From the NCBI RefSeq assembly GCF_001194135.2, contig NC_068992.1, forward strand, positions 33,647,135 to 33,711,134: a stretch of DNA of 64,000 bases. Reading direction: 5' to 3'. The position numbers and the translations under genes are program-made. Position 1 is the stretch's first letter. Each line of letters opens with the position of its first letter. Shown here piece by piece: positions 37,961 through 50,959 of the stretch. The notes under the pieces were generated by a model that saw only the letters and a list, made by a program, of their open reading frames with translations, did not search any database and had not been told where the DNA came from. The stretch is from Octopus bimaculoides. Taxonomy: Eukaryota.

Positions 37961-40486
37961 TTTCTCCTCTTGTTCCTCATATTAAGCTTCCTTATTGGGT
38001 AGCTCATCTTTCTACTAATTCTCATTGTTTTCATTGTTGTTCTCTTTCATCGGAAGTGTTTCTACTCTAGCAGTTTTTTTTATCATGGAACTCTTTTCTG
38101 TTTTCATGTTTCTCTTATAATCTTAATTCTTCTTAATTTTCCACTTGTTTTATATTTTTCAAGAAAGGTTCTCATAAAATTTTTTGTTTCTTTTGTAACT
38201 CCCAACAAACTAAATAACTCCTTTAGATTTTATTTCATATTGCTTGCTTCTTTGTTGGGAGTGACTTCCAACAAAAGATAAAAATAAAATCAAATTTGAG
38301 GGCTCTTCACAGGAACTAATAAAGTAATGTATATATGTTTATTTAATGTTTTTTATAGTATACTTTCTTCTTTTTTATCCTTTTGCTACCATATTTCTGT
38401 TGGAATTAATTTTTCTTATATCTATTAATTTTGATAGGAATGAAAAATTTAGTAAAATAACTGCTATTATTAAGGTGGTGTTTGGAACATAAATCAACAG
38501 GAAATTTTTTTGATTAAAGGTTTTAACTTAAATCACTTTAAAATATGAAATTGGTAGAATAGAATCTGGAGCAGTCTCAGATGGACTGGTACCAAAAGAG
38601 TTAAACATATTTATGTATCATATTTATAATATTTAGATATATTATAGATATAATGTTACTATACTTGTTATAGTTTAGGTTTTGAAATAAATAAAAACTT
38701 TTTTAATGAAACTCAACACCTCTGTTTTCACACATATTTGTCCTGATATAAATGTAGTAGGATTTCACATGTATAATATAGTGAATTAAAAATTTTTGTT
38801 TATATGAACAAAGATAATCCACGCAATTAGTAGACAAAGTCTATCTCTGAGAGTGTTTGAAATTTAAAAACAAGTGACTTAATTCTTATAAAATAATTTC
38901 TCTGAAATTTTGGGAAATTATTGAAACTTCAGTGCATTCACTATCTCAGATAACTGAGGTGTTTTAACTCACTTTATTACGTATGTGAGACTCCACAATA
39001 TTTGTATTTTGTATGTAGAATATTACCCTGGTAAATTTTTAGTTCTGCCATATTGTTAACTTGATACTGTTTGAAACATCACAGACCTGAGCTCTACATC
39101 CTAATCTTCAATTGTTTTAAGTCAATAAAACTTGTAGTTGCAATATATGCAAGTAAACATGCAAGTGAAATCATGTTCTAATTACAGAGCAATGAAAATT
39201 TAAAGAACCAAACTATACAAGTCATAATGTCTCTTATGTTCTACCTTAGATCTGAAAGTGTTAAAATCAAATTATGTCCTTAATTGTGGCAATTATTGTG
39301 AAATTTGTTGGAATGTAGAGAGTCTGTATCTAATCTAGCATAGTTTAGCATGAAACCATATCATAATTGCTATTTCCTGTTCTCTCTTATGGGCAAAATA
39401 AGTCTGTTAATTCAGCATATATAATACACATTTTACTTGACACATATCACAGAGGTGACAATACTTCTAAACTTAATATTTGTATAAATCTAAGCTCTGA
39501 TTAGTTTTCTTCATAATCATTCTGTAGTTTGCTTGCATAACTATCAGGATAATGCAGCCAATCTATCTTGTGTCATTATAAGTTAGTAACTTGAAAATCT
39601 GTCTATATATGTCCTCTCTGATGCTGCTTCATTATTCTCCCACTTCTCTTGGTAATGTACCTTCTCTCTTTCTCTCCCTCTCTCTTTCTTTCTCTCTCTC
39701 TCTTTCTTTCTCCTCTCTCACTTTCTCCCCCCTCTCTCTTTCTCTTCCCTCTCTATATCTGACATGTAACATAGAAACTTATAGAAAGCAAGTTACAGAA
39801 ACATTTTATTCAATGCAGTTATATAGATTATTTTTAGGATGTTAGAAGTTTAGTTGATCCATGATTAATATAAATAGGTTAGTACTTGTTTACAAAGCTC
39901 TGTCTTGCACTGTCAAATATAATCTTTCCATAAGTTCAATAACAGAAGAAATTTTTATGCAAATTTCATCAAACTGCTATAAATTTGATACTGAATGTCA
40001 AATCTGGTTTATTTATCCTTTTGATAAAAATTTATGTCATATAAAATGAATAATCAAAATATATTTCACTTAAATTATGGACAGCAAAGTAAATATTTAC
40101 AGAAGTAATCTTTAAAATGTGTCAGGGAATTTTGATTAATGAAATAGCAATTTTTACTCTATGGAGGATCTAGATGGCTTCAGGATAAGCTGGTTGGAAT
40201 TCATTTCAATTGTTGGTTCTTATGTAAATGGTGGATTCAATCTTGACATTGTTTTTCAATTTATACATTATTCTGTCATCGAGTCCACATTTTCTTTGTC
40301 TTTCTTTATCCATTTAGTTATTAGTCAATTTCAGCCAGAGTACAGTTCACCTGCATTCATGGCTAAAATACAAAGAACTTTTCAATGAGCTGACAGTCTC
40401 ATGAAAAATGTAAGTTCTCATTACAATTAGTATTTACAAGAAGCAAAATCAAACATAACATTATATTACACTTCTCCCCCCCCCCA

Positions 40487-40540
<54 letters not shown>

Positions 40541-40959
40541 GTTGTTAAGTGGAAAATAAAACTTACTATGGATGTTTTATGGCCAAAGTGTTTATTGATT
40601 TAAGTTTAAATCCTATCACACTCTTTCATATCTAACAAAGTTAATAAAGGATCTTCTATTTAACTGTTTATCATGCTAGAAATAGTAGCAAAATCTCTCA
40701 AATTATAAAGTACTATCTTAAAAATAGAACGATACATTGAACAATGAAGGTCACTCCCTGAAAGAGGCACAAAAATAACAACTTTGCACATAAGTCTGCT
40801 TCATCTGGGCTGACCTGCTTTAAACAACAATTACAAAGTTACGCTGTTGACATCACCAAATAAAAGGTTATAGAAGCCGAATTAACAAAAAAAAAATCAA
40901 GATTAAAACATTTTCTAATATTTATCCCTAAAGAAAGTGGAGAACTGACAGAATCATTA

Positions 40960-41150
40960 GCACACCAAGCAAAATGCTTTGCAGCATTTAGTCTGTCTCC
41001 ACATTCTAAGTTCAAATTCCACAGAGGTCCACTTTGCCTTTCATCCTTTTGGGGTTGATAAAATAACTACCAGTTGAGTATTGGAGTTGATGTAATCGAT
41101 TTATCCCCTCTCTTGAAATTGCTAGCCTTGTGCCAAAATTTGAAAGCAAT
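40960..41150 (+). mobile_element. SINE (third family); related copy at about 49800-50030
   Basis: AAGTTCAAATTCCACAGAGGTCCACTTTGCCTTTCATCCTTTT...GTGCCAAAATTTGAAA is shared between the copies. Confidence 0.7.
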
Positions 41151-41599
41151 ATTTAGCCTGAGAAGGAAATAGAATGTCTTCAGCCTTTCAAGTTCTTTTA
41201 GGGTGATTAGATCAATGCAGTTGGTATTCAATTTGGTCCACAGGAGGTTAAGTCTTAAGCCAGAATGTGGACAAGAACACATATTTTGCAGTGGTCTGTT
41301 CAGTGGAAAAATTTAGTGATCACAAAAAGGAAGAAAGAGAAACACTAAGTGCACTAAGACCAAGAGATTCACAGTTTGCTGGATTAGAGCAGCAGAAAGC
41401 TGCACTTAAAAAAGAGTAGAGAAAGACTAAGGATACAAGTGGGCCATTGAGGGTAGTGTGCTGAAAAGCAAGGTTTTGGCAGTCAAATAACACCCATATT
41501 TTGGATGTGAACTAAAATATTTGTGTGGATGCTGCAACACTAATTTAGGTTACACTTGTATGTAGCAAAAAGTCAGAAACTTTCTAATATGAGCCAACC

Positions 41600-41612
41600 T
41601 CATCATTACCCC

Positions 41613-41644
<32 letters not shown>

Positions 41645-41810
41645 CCACCATCATCCACTCACTTTGACCCCCACCTCATCAACCAGTCCTACAACTACTA
41701 CCACTGCCACTATCATCACTACTGTCATTGCCATCATCTTCGCCACCATCACTAGTGTCATCACCACAGCTGCCAGCACCTTTGCCAGCACCTTTGCCAC
41801 CACTTTTTAT
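41600..41810. repeat. (CAT)n microsatellite and degenerate CAC/CAT-rich simple repeats
   Basis: Directly visible; source of the poly-His/Thr ORF. Confidence 0.9.
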
Positions 41811-42360
41811 TACTGTTTTATGTCTGCTTTCCATATTGGTATGGGTCAGAGAACATTATTGTCAGAGTAAATTTTTATTTGGAACTACTGCTTCCCTACC
41901 ATCATCATTACTGTCTTAATTGCTCCCTCTTCCATGTCTGCATGGGTCAGACGTAATTTGCTGAGGCACAGTTTAGAATACCCTCGTGGTCAGATACGTT
42001 TTCCTGAAAAATTGGAAATGAAGGACACCACTTGCATGAGGATAACACTCATTTCTAAATATCACATGATGTCAAGTCAAGGAAAGAGATTCTCACACAC
42101 ATACACCCAGCCATGCAGACACATACACCCAGCCATGCAGACATATACACAAGGTGATTGCTCCATCTTCACAGATGATAGTCATCTGTTTGTGTTTCAT
42201 CTTTGTCCATGGAATCTTTGACTTTCCATCTATGACCTCTCAGATGACTATTTAGTCCCTCTGCAGATCTGTATGGTTTAAAGTATAAACAACATACAAA
42301 AGTTGTAACTTCCACATTGTCTTTGTGTACTGCCATAGACAGCTTGTGTGTGTGTGTGTG

Positions 42361-43593
42361 TATTGGGTTGGCTAAAAAGTATGTTTGGTTTTTGTCAATA
42401 TTGAAGTTCAAGTACTTTAATAAGTAGTTAACTTCAGTCTGCCCCTTGCACAAACACACTCTTTAGATACTTGACATTTCAATGTAGTTTGATGTAAACT
42501 TGCAATGAGACAGGTTGTGTCTTGTGTGCCTGAGATCACCCTCAAAATGGAGAACCAAAACAAACATTATTGACATCTAATGCTTTTTCATTTTAAAAAG
42601 GTTAGAAAGTGGCAAAAACCTGCAGGAAGATATTCACTGTACATGTAGAGAATGCTGTTATGGATTATGTGTACCAGAAATGGTTTTCAAAATTTTAGTC
42701 AGGAAATCTGGTTCAAGATGCACCTTGCTATGGCCAGCCAACTGAGATTAACAGGAGCAAAATGAAGGAGTTGACACCAACTCCCATTTTATGACCAGAG
42801 TTATTGCAGATATTCTCCAAATATCCAAATCATGTATTGAAAACCATCTGCATTGATTTGGTTATGTTAACAGACTGAATGTTTGGGCCCCATATTTCAG
42901 AAATGTGAAGAAAATTATTCTATTTTGAAGAGAGCAGTGACAATAGGTGAAAACTGGATAATCTATAACAATATGAAGTGCAAACAATCATGAGGAAGCA
43001 TGGTGAACCAACACAAAAGCTATCTCTAAAGTGAGACTTCAACTGAGTCACACTTTAAATTTGGTGGGATTGGAAGAATGTTGTCTTTTGCAAGCTTCTT
43101 CCTACAGATAGAACCATCAATTTAGATGTGTACTGGAACCAACTGGACAAATTAAATGCAGCAATCCACCAGAAGCATCCAGAACTTGCTAATCATAAGG
43201 GCATTGTCTTTCATCACAATAATGCCAGACCTCACACTTCTTTGCAAAAGTGGCAGAAGTTACTTGGAGCTTGGCAGGAAAGCTTTGCTGCTCCCTCCAT
43301 ATTTACTCTGCCTTGCACATTCAGATCTCCAATTGTTTTGGTCTCTTCAAAATTCATTGAATGAACAGACCTTCAATACTGAGGAGGATGTAAAAATTCA
43401 TGTCGAAGTGTTTTTTTCCAGTTAATATAGGATATTCTTTGAGCAGGGAATAGTGGATCTGCCCACAAGACAGCAGAAGATACTGGAACCAAACTATATT
43501 TATATCAATGATTGAATAAATCACATTGTGTTTAAAACTTGTGTCTCATTTTTGTTTAAAAACAACTGGATGGATTTCTTGGCCAGCCTAATA
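42361..43593 (+). mobile_element. Full-length decayed mariner (DD34D-type)
   Basis: TIRs TATTGGGTTGGCTAAAAAGT and TTTCTTGGCCAGCCTAATA. Transposase relics IWWDWKNVV, YWNQLDKLNAAIHQKHPELANHKGIVFHHNNARPHTS and LAHSDLQLFWSLQNSL. Confidence 0.92.
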
Positions 43594-43825
43594 TCTATGA
43601 TGAGTTTCTCTCAGTTTCCATCAAACAAATCCATTCACAAGGATTCAGACAATTTGAGTGTCTCGGGGAATTTTCAAATGAAGCATTCAAAAATTTGAAA
43701 ACAGATGGAGAGAAGTGACAGAAAATGAGGAACACTATATAAAGAATAAAATTTGCAGCATTGGGTATCATGTTTGTATTTTCAAATTAATACTGAAAAT
43801 TTGGCCAAGACTTTCTATACAACCT

Positions 43826-43963
43826 GTGAACGTGTGGTAAGAAGCTTGTTTCTCAACCATATGGTTCTGGGTTCAGTCCCACTGCTTGGCACCTTGGACA
43901 AGTGTCCTTGGGCCAACCAAAGCCTTGTGAGTGGATTTGATAGATGGAAACTGAAAGAAGCCT

Positions 43964-43968
<5 letters not shown>
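43826..43968 (+). mobile_element. tRNA-derived SINE copy
   Basis: Matches the 15338 family. Confidence 0.85.
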
Positions 43969-44005
<37 letters not shown>

Positions 44006-44017
44006 TATATGATGCGC

Positions 44018-44370
44018 TTCTATATTTAAGAATTCTATATTTAAGAAATGAGGAATTATTTACATTATTTATATTTGACAGATATTTGTCCTCATTTTGC
44101 CTGTGAGCATATGGCATAGTGGTTAAGAGTGCAGGCTACTAACCCCAAGATTCCAAGTTCGATTCCAGGCAGTGACCTTAATAACATCATAAAAATATCT
44201 TAGGAATGAGAACTCAGGTTCAAAATTTCCCCAAGACACTTGATGAAGGCTGAAGGGTATACCTGCCGAAATGTTGTGTTAACAACAAACAAGATGAGGA
44301 TAAGTATCCATCAAATATAAATAATGTAAATAATGTATATATACATATCTTAAATTCATAAAATAGAGTT
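44018..44370 (+). mobile_element. Non-autonomous PLE-derived element: inverted 3' end, tRNA-like head, HHR, 3' end
   Basis: 44018-44098 is a reverse complement of the element's own 3' terminus. A box TGGCATAGTGG 44112-44122, B box GTTCGATTC 44157-44165, HHR 44236-44279. Homologous to 6850-7110. Confidence 0.85.
44236..44279 (+). ncRNA. Minimal type-I hammerhead ribozyme motif
   Basis: ACAC-TTGATGA-A-GGCTG...CCTGCC-GAAA-T-GTT-GTGT. C3>U variant, 4-bp stem I, loop-less stem III. Confidence 0.7.
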
Positions 44371-44809
44371 AGTGTGTGTGTGTTTTGTTGTAGTGAAAAA
44401 ATACTTTTTCTCAGAATATTTTGCATGCTAATTTTTAAGAAATCTGGACAACTTTGTCACTGCTAACCATACAACTTCAAATTAAAATTGTTAATTGTTG
44501 GAAGTCAAGTAGACTGAGATGTACAACAGTAATGTTGTATAGAGTGAAAGCTTTGAACTCATCTTGTAGTTAGTAATCCATTACCTCAAATTTGAAGCCA
44601 TTTAGTCGTTACACATTATTTTACTGGGTTTAGTCTTTTGACTGTCACCATGATGGTGTATCACCTTCAAAAATTTATTTGATCATACTCATCTCAGTAT
44701 GTATTTCAATCTGGCATTTATTTTATAGATTTCTGCTTGATGAACTGCTAAATTTGAGACATAGTGGGACATAATACTTGATTTAGCAACAATTGTAACA
44801 CACACATGC

Positions 44810-44965
44810 ATATTAAGTACAAGAATGACTGTGTGGTTGAGAAGTTTGCTTTCCAACAACATAGTTCCATATTCAGTCCCTCTGCATGGTACCTTTGGTA
44901 AGTGTTTTCTACTACAGCCCTGGGTCAACTACTAACTTGTGACTGAATTGGTAGACAGAAACGGT
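44810..44965 (-). mobile_element. tRNA-derived SINE copy
   Basis: Reverse complement of the 15338 family. Confidence 0.8.
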
Positions 44966-45349
44966 AGTGTTGTTCATCAGCAAACGACAGAAAAACAAAA
45001 ACATGTTTTTAAAGAAGAGTAATTTGCTTCATGCTCCTCGTGTGCCAATTCTGCCCATCAGAAAGGAACAAATAATACAATGTGGCTGTAGGTCATAACA
45101 CCCAGGCAAAGCCGGGGTGCATTGGTTAGCATATATATATANNNNNNNNNNNNNNNNNNNNNNNNNNNNNNNNNNNNNNNNNNNNNNNNNNNNNNNNNNN
45201 NNNNNNNNNNNNNNNNNNNNNNNNNNNNNNNNNNNNNNNNNNNNNNNNNNNNNNNNNNNNNNNNNNNNNNNNNNNNNNNNNNNNNNNNNNNNNNNNNNNN
45301 NNNNNNNNNNNNNNNNNNNNTATATACGTACAGGCATGTGCATACCAAC

Positions 45350-46045
45350 ATCCACCTGTATGTATAGGTGCATATCTGGGTACAGGACATTGCAAACAAA
45401 ACAGAGACGAGAAAACACACAAGCCACCTAGAGAACATTCTACTTCATCAGCTACCACCGTTTTAACACCGGCGTTTCGAAGAGCTGGGCAGGACGCATC
45501 GTTAAAACGGCTCTTCCCATGGACCACAAATTAAATTTGTATACACAAATTAAATCTTGCTATGGAGGAATGTAGTGGCGGACAAAAATCAAGACAGGAA
45601 AACAAACAGAAAAGACTTTACGGCCAGACGAGAAAAATTATGTGTGTATGAACGCTGTGAGGCACGAACTTGAAAATAGGAACGAAGTGGTTCGCGTGTT
45701 TGCTCGGCAATAGCCAAGGAAGAATAGGATTATTGACCGGAAGCATGTGACCATGCCGGTGTAAGGGGAAGAGAGAGAGTGGTAGAGGGAGAAACAAAGG
45801 GAGGAAGTAGAAGAATAGGTGAGCAACGAAAGGAAAAGAGAAAGAGAGGAAGTACAAGGGGGAAAAAAGAGATACGTAGTAGTAACAGAGGAATCCACCT
45901 GTATGTATAGGTGCATATCTGGGTACAGGACATTGCAAACAAAACAGAGACAAGAAAACACACAAGCCACATAGAGAACATTCTACTTCATCAGCTACCC
46001 CCGTTTTAACACCGGCATTTCGAAGAGCTGGGCAGGATGCATCTT
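45350..46045 (-). mobile_element. Small non-coding element bounded by about 150-bp direct repeats (pLTR-, TRIM- or retrozyme-like)
   Basis: 45350-45500 is repeated at 45893-46045 with about 95% identity (period about 543 bp). The interior is non-coding and purine-rich. Confidence 0.6.
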
Positions 46046-46129
46046 TTATTCTATTTGTCAATTACCCATTAATAAGCTCACTACATTCAGGAAAATTGAA
46101 AGATTTAATATCCTTATATATTCATTATC

Positions 46130-46470
46130 ATCATCATTTAACATTCATTTTCCATGCTAACATGGGTTTGATGGTTTGATCAGAGCTGGCAAGTTGAAGA
46201 GCTGCACCAGGTTCCTGTCTGATTAGGCTTGGTTTCTACAGCTGGATGCTCTTCCTAACACCAACCACTTTACAGTGTGCACTGGGTGCTTTTAATGTGG
46301 CACTTCCATGAGTGCTTTTTATGTGGCACTGGTATAGGTCTCTTGCAGACCAATTCTCTTCACCATGGAGAGCATCCTTAACACTTCTGCTCTGGAATAT
46401 GGGTCTTCTTGAGTACAGCAAAGTACCAGATATTGAGATATCTGGTACTTGTCATCTCATCTGAAGGTTC
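46130..46470 (-). mobile_element. RTE 3' tail fragment; similar fragments at about 5980-6160 (+), 25000-25150 (-), 47655-47860 (-), 53845-54141 (+)
   Basis: CATCATCAT...TTCCATGCT.GCATGG is the reverse complement of the RTE terminus at 24480-24590. Confidence 0.85.
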
Positions 46471-46478
46471 AGCATCCA

Positions 46479-46525
<47 letters not shown>

Positions 46526-48183
46526 CACACACATAAGGATGTAGAACCATGAAATATATAATCTCTTTTGAAACTGTATTTTTGTTTGAAACATTTGACG
46601 TTTAGACAGTGTAAAAGTTCACATAGGAAATACTGAATGTGCAGACATAGCAGACATCATCTCTGAAAGTTATGATTCTTCTTATACCTTTATTAACTTT
46701 TCTATCATGAACGTTGTCATTTATTACTTTTCCTTTATGTCAAGAAGTAAGTTATTTTATCTGTAAAGCAAAATCGAAGACCTGACCTATCTATAATATC
46801 ATTCTGTGACGTTATTGAATAATATTAACCATAATATTTATATTAGCTATAATACAGCATATTAAGTTTATTAAAGCTTTACCATCTATGTTGGAAAAGC
46901 TTTAACAAATCTTAATTTACCACATTACATATTTATTTTCATATTGGAAAAAGTTTATATGGCTATATTTCATAAACTAAGATACAATTCATAAACTCTT
47001 CAAACAAACAGAGAGAAAGGAATTAAGAAGGGAGAAAGATTGAGAGACTGAGATAACTAAAAATGCAGTGATGTCACAAACTTTGTTTTGTCTTTCCTCT
47101 CCTCCAGTTGTTCATTTTTAAATCTCCATATTGCTTTCAGTCTCTTTGTTTTGCATGTTTGCTTTAACTTCCACTTTTATTCAGCTACTCACTTTTAGAA
47201 TCCTTTCTTCTTCTCACTCTTTCTGTCTTCCTTTTCTTATCATGTTTTTTTTTTCTCTTTCTCATCATTGATTTCACTATATTTACTTCTCTCTCTTCTC
47301 TCTTTCCCATATATCCATTTCTCCATCTCTCCCCCTCTCTCTCCATCCCCCCNNNNNNNNNNCTCTTCATTTCTCTCTCCCTCTCTCATTACTTCTCTCC
47401 ACCCCCCTCTCTCTCTCTCTTCACCATTATCAACACCAACATCACTGCCAGTGTCTCAGCCACCACCAATGCCATAATTACCAACTTTCTATTATTTTAT
47501 TTGAGTTACTTTCCTTAGTGTTGCACATTAGTTATGTAGCAACATAACTAATGTACAGATATAGATATTTCAGATGCAAGCACCAGCAAATTAGGAGGAG
47601 GACAATTCTCTAATTTTAACAATGACAGCATTCCTAGACTGAAGTCATCACCATCATCATCATCGCTTAACGTCCACCTTCCATGCTAGCATGGATGGTG
47701 GACAGTTTGACAGGAGCTGGCCAAGAAAGAGCCTGTACCAAACTTCTGTGTCTGTTTGATGTGGTTTTTAAGGCTGGATGCCCTTCCTAACACCAGCTGC
47801 CAAGCAGAGTGGACTATGTGGTTTTTACGTGGCACAAGCACTGGTAGGGTCACCAAATAACTTTCAAGACAAAGATCCTTTGAGAGGGGAGGGGGAATTG
47901 GAGGAGGTGATCTTGTGTGAGATAGATAGACAGAAACAAGTGTCTTACTGTTGGGGAGATACATAGTTAACCGGCCAGAGAGAGAGAGCGAGAAGAAGAA
48001 GAACAGAAACAAGTGTGCTGCTGTAAAAGAGATACATGGTTACTCAGACTGAGGTAAGAGCAGGAGAAGGGGAGAAATTGGAAGACAGCAGGAGTGCAAA
48101 TCCCCTAGTTACTATATGTTTATGAATGAAGGCTTATTCCATGGTTGTTTATCACATAGAAGCTATATAACATTAAAATCTTC

Positions 48184-48766
48184 GGATCTTTTTTAAAACG
48201 GGGGCCACATTTTTCATTAACGAAACACTTTGAAACTTGGAACACTGGTAGAATGTGTCATATAAAACATCTTTTTCTCTTAGTCTTCTTTAAAAAGTTA
48301 TTCCATGTTAAAGTTGTCGTATTTCTGTAATTTCAACCAATTACTGACGTCCATTCAGCCGATATACATTAAGTGCCGACTACATAAACAAACGATTCTG
48401 AAACAATTCTATCGGTGATAGGGTTAGGGTTAGGGTAAAACATCAAATTTAAAAAGAAAAAAGCAAATAAAACGAAGAAAAAAAAAGAAAATGAAAAAAG
48501 CAAATTTAAAATGAAAAAAGCAAATAAAACGAAGCTATGGCTTAATCACCCAAAGGAGTAAATGTAAACAACTGAATACTTGTCAGTGATTGGTTGAAAT
48601 TATCGAAATAAGACAATTTTTTACATGAAATAAATTCGAATACAAAAATATTTTTCTGTTCTATAACACAAAATAGATAAGTATACGAAGTTTGAAAGTC
48701 TTTCAGTACCAAAAACACTACGTAAAACATTAATGAAAAATGTGGCCCCCGTTTTAAAAAAGATCC
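48184..48766. mobile_element. Merlin-like MITE, 583 bp
   Basis: Perfect 37-bp TIRs starting GG (GGATCTTTTTTAAAACGGGGGCCACATTTTTCATTAA) and a perfect 8-bp TSD AAATCTTC (48176-48183, 48767-48774). No ORF. The superfamily is inferred from the GG termini and 8-bp TSD only. Confidence 0.85.
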
Positions 48767-49007
48767 AAATCTTCTAATCTAATAAGTAAAATTCAGACCC
48801 TAAGGGAGCTGGTTCTTTATGTTCTCCCTCTTTTTTACCTGACACTCCAGACATATCACCTCTCTCTAGCATTCTTCATTCTTCTCATACCACATCTCTC
48901 TATTTGGTAAAGCACTACTATATCTCCTGTCTTCTGTCTTCCTTCTTAATTTGTAATTATGTAGAATGTTGAATGTAACTTAATTACCTTGTGTCTAGAG
49001 TTAAGTG

Positions 49008-49168
49008 CAGGTGCAGCTGTGTGACAAGAAGCTTGCTTCTCAGCCACATGGTTCTGGGTTCAGTCCCACTGCATGGCACCTTGGGCAAATGTCTTCTACT
49101 ATAGCCTTGGGCTGACCAATGCCTTGTGAGTGGATCTGGAAGACGGAAACTAAAAAGAAATTGTCGTA
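49008..49168 (+). mobile_element. tRNA-derived SINE copy
   Basis: Matches the 15338 family. Confidence 0.85.
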
Positions 49169-49241
49169 TATATATATATATATATAAATATATATAAATA
49201 NNNNNNNNNNNNNNNNNNNNCAGTACCTTGTCTCTCGACTT

Positions 49242-49393
49242 CCATTTATTTTGAATGTATGATCTGGCGTTGTTTTAGCGTTGTTTTGGTGTTGTTTTTG
49301 CACACACTCACATGCTCATACCAAACAGTTTCGAAACAACGCTAAAACAACGCCAGATAAAACAACGCCAGATCATACATTCAAAATAAATGG
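49242..49393. mobile_element. Short fold-back MITE with subterminal repeats
   Basis: 35-bp arms CCATTTATTTTGAATGTATGATCTGGCGTTGTTTT and its reverse complement; AAAACAACGC is repeated internally. Confidence 0.75.
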
Positions 49394-49473
49394 CCAGTTA
49401 AAACTTGCTCTAAATCTTAGAGACGCAGAATGTGTGTGTGTGTGCGCATGCGTGTGTGTGTGTTTGTGCGTGC

Positions 49474-49515
<42 letters not shown>

Positions 49516-50959
49516 AAGAGACAGACAAAGAGACAGGCAGATAATTATATATATATTAGTTATTGGTGAGTTTTAATTTCCTCGGGATGCTTTCTCTGGC
49601 TTTTACTTTGATTTATTTATATATTTATTTATTTGCTGAACCTTTGGTCATTTAAGTCAGTCACATGGTTGTAGTATGATTTTTTGATAGGAATTGCAAT
49701 TCTTCAGTATGTGTAAAAATGTTTACATTCCTCATATTTTTCAAAATTCTATACTTAGTTTTTGTTCCATCCTAGAGCTTTTAACCCAATTGTCTAGATG
49801 CTAATGGTGAGCTGGCAAAACTATTACTATGTTGGACAAAATGCTTAGTGGTGTTTTTTTTTTTTTTTTGGTACTTTGTCTTCTGAGTTCAAATCCCACC
49901 AAAGATCAACTTTGCCTTTATCCCTTTTGAGGTTGATGAAACAAAGAACCAGTCAAGTACAGAAGTCAGTATATTCAACTTGTTCCCTTCCACTAAAATT
50001 GCAGGCCTTGTACCAAAATTTGAAATCATTATTTATAGCTTTATCTACTTCCAGGCAAACATGTTCTTTGTTTTAGAGTATGTTTTAACTTCTGCTTTTA
50101 CCCCTCTTGACTTCAACACTACTTTCTTCTATCTGTATTCAGCCATTTGCATTTTTTGCCTCCCCTCTCAAGTTCCTGCTCTCTGCCTTTTCATCCATCT
50201 TATACATGACAATTTTTATATAACCTTTCTCGTAGCATTCCTAAATTACTCTCTTACTTCCTCCTATCCCAGATCACACTTTCATCTCAATCCCTTTAGC
50301 AATCCTAGCTTGCAGCAAGACACTCCTTCCTCACTCTTCCTCTCTCCCTCTCTTTCTTTTCCTTTGTTTCTCTCTTTCAGATGAAACACAAAACCCTTCT
50401 TCACTCTTCAGTTGAACTTACTGCACTCTCCTGGAAACCCTTCTCAGATCTAACAACCATCACTAACACTTTATAGTTTTAAATTATACAGTAATTAATA
50501 AGAGGAAAAGTCTGTAATGAGGTGAAATTAGAAAACATTATATTTCTCAAGGTAATTATTATTCATTTTTTACTTGATTTAATAAGAGCAATTAATTCTA
50601 AAATTTTATGAGATTAGAAAAAAAATTTGCTGGTGATATTGAACAGAAATAATTTCTTACACATACCAAAACTATAAATGCACAAAAATATAATGAATTG
50701 AATAGGGCAAGGATACAAGAAATTGAATTGATCCTAGAGTAATTTCATCACCTCTACAATGATGAAAGGCAAAGTCAACCTTTAAAAGCTTTAAAATCAA
50801 AGTGTAGGCTCAGATATGGCCATACATTTAAGAAATTCACTTCAAGGCTAAGTTTGATCTCACTGCATTGCACCTTGGGCAAGTTTCTTGTTTTGTTGTT
50901 TTTCATAGTGTCAGGTTGATCAATACTGTGTAAGGGGTATTTCATAGATGGAAACCACA

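Noticed and set aside
41556-41870. Poly-His/Thr ORF
   Set aside because: Translation of a (CAT)n microsatellite; no splice or homology support.
44106-44178. Functional tRNA gene (also 7024-7095)
   Set aside because: No convincing acceptor stem, and it is embedded in a repeat; treated as a tRNA-derived head.
48419-48436. Interstitial telomere or fusion site
   Set aside because: Only about 2.5 TTAGGG units, located inside a MITE.
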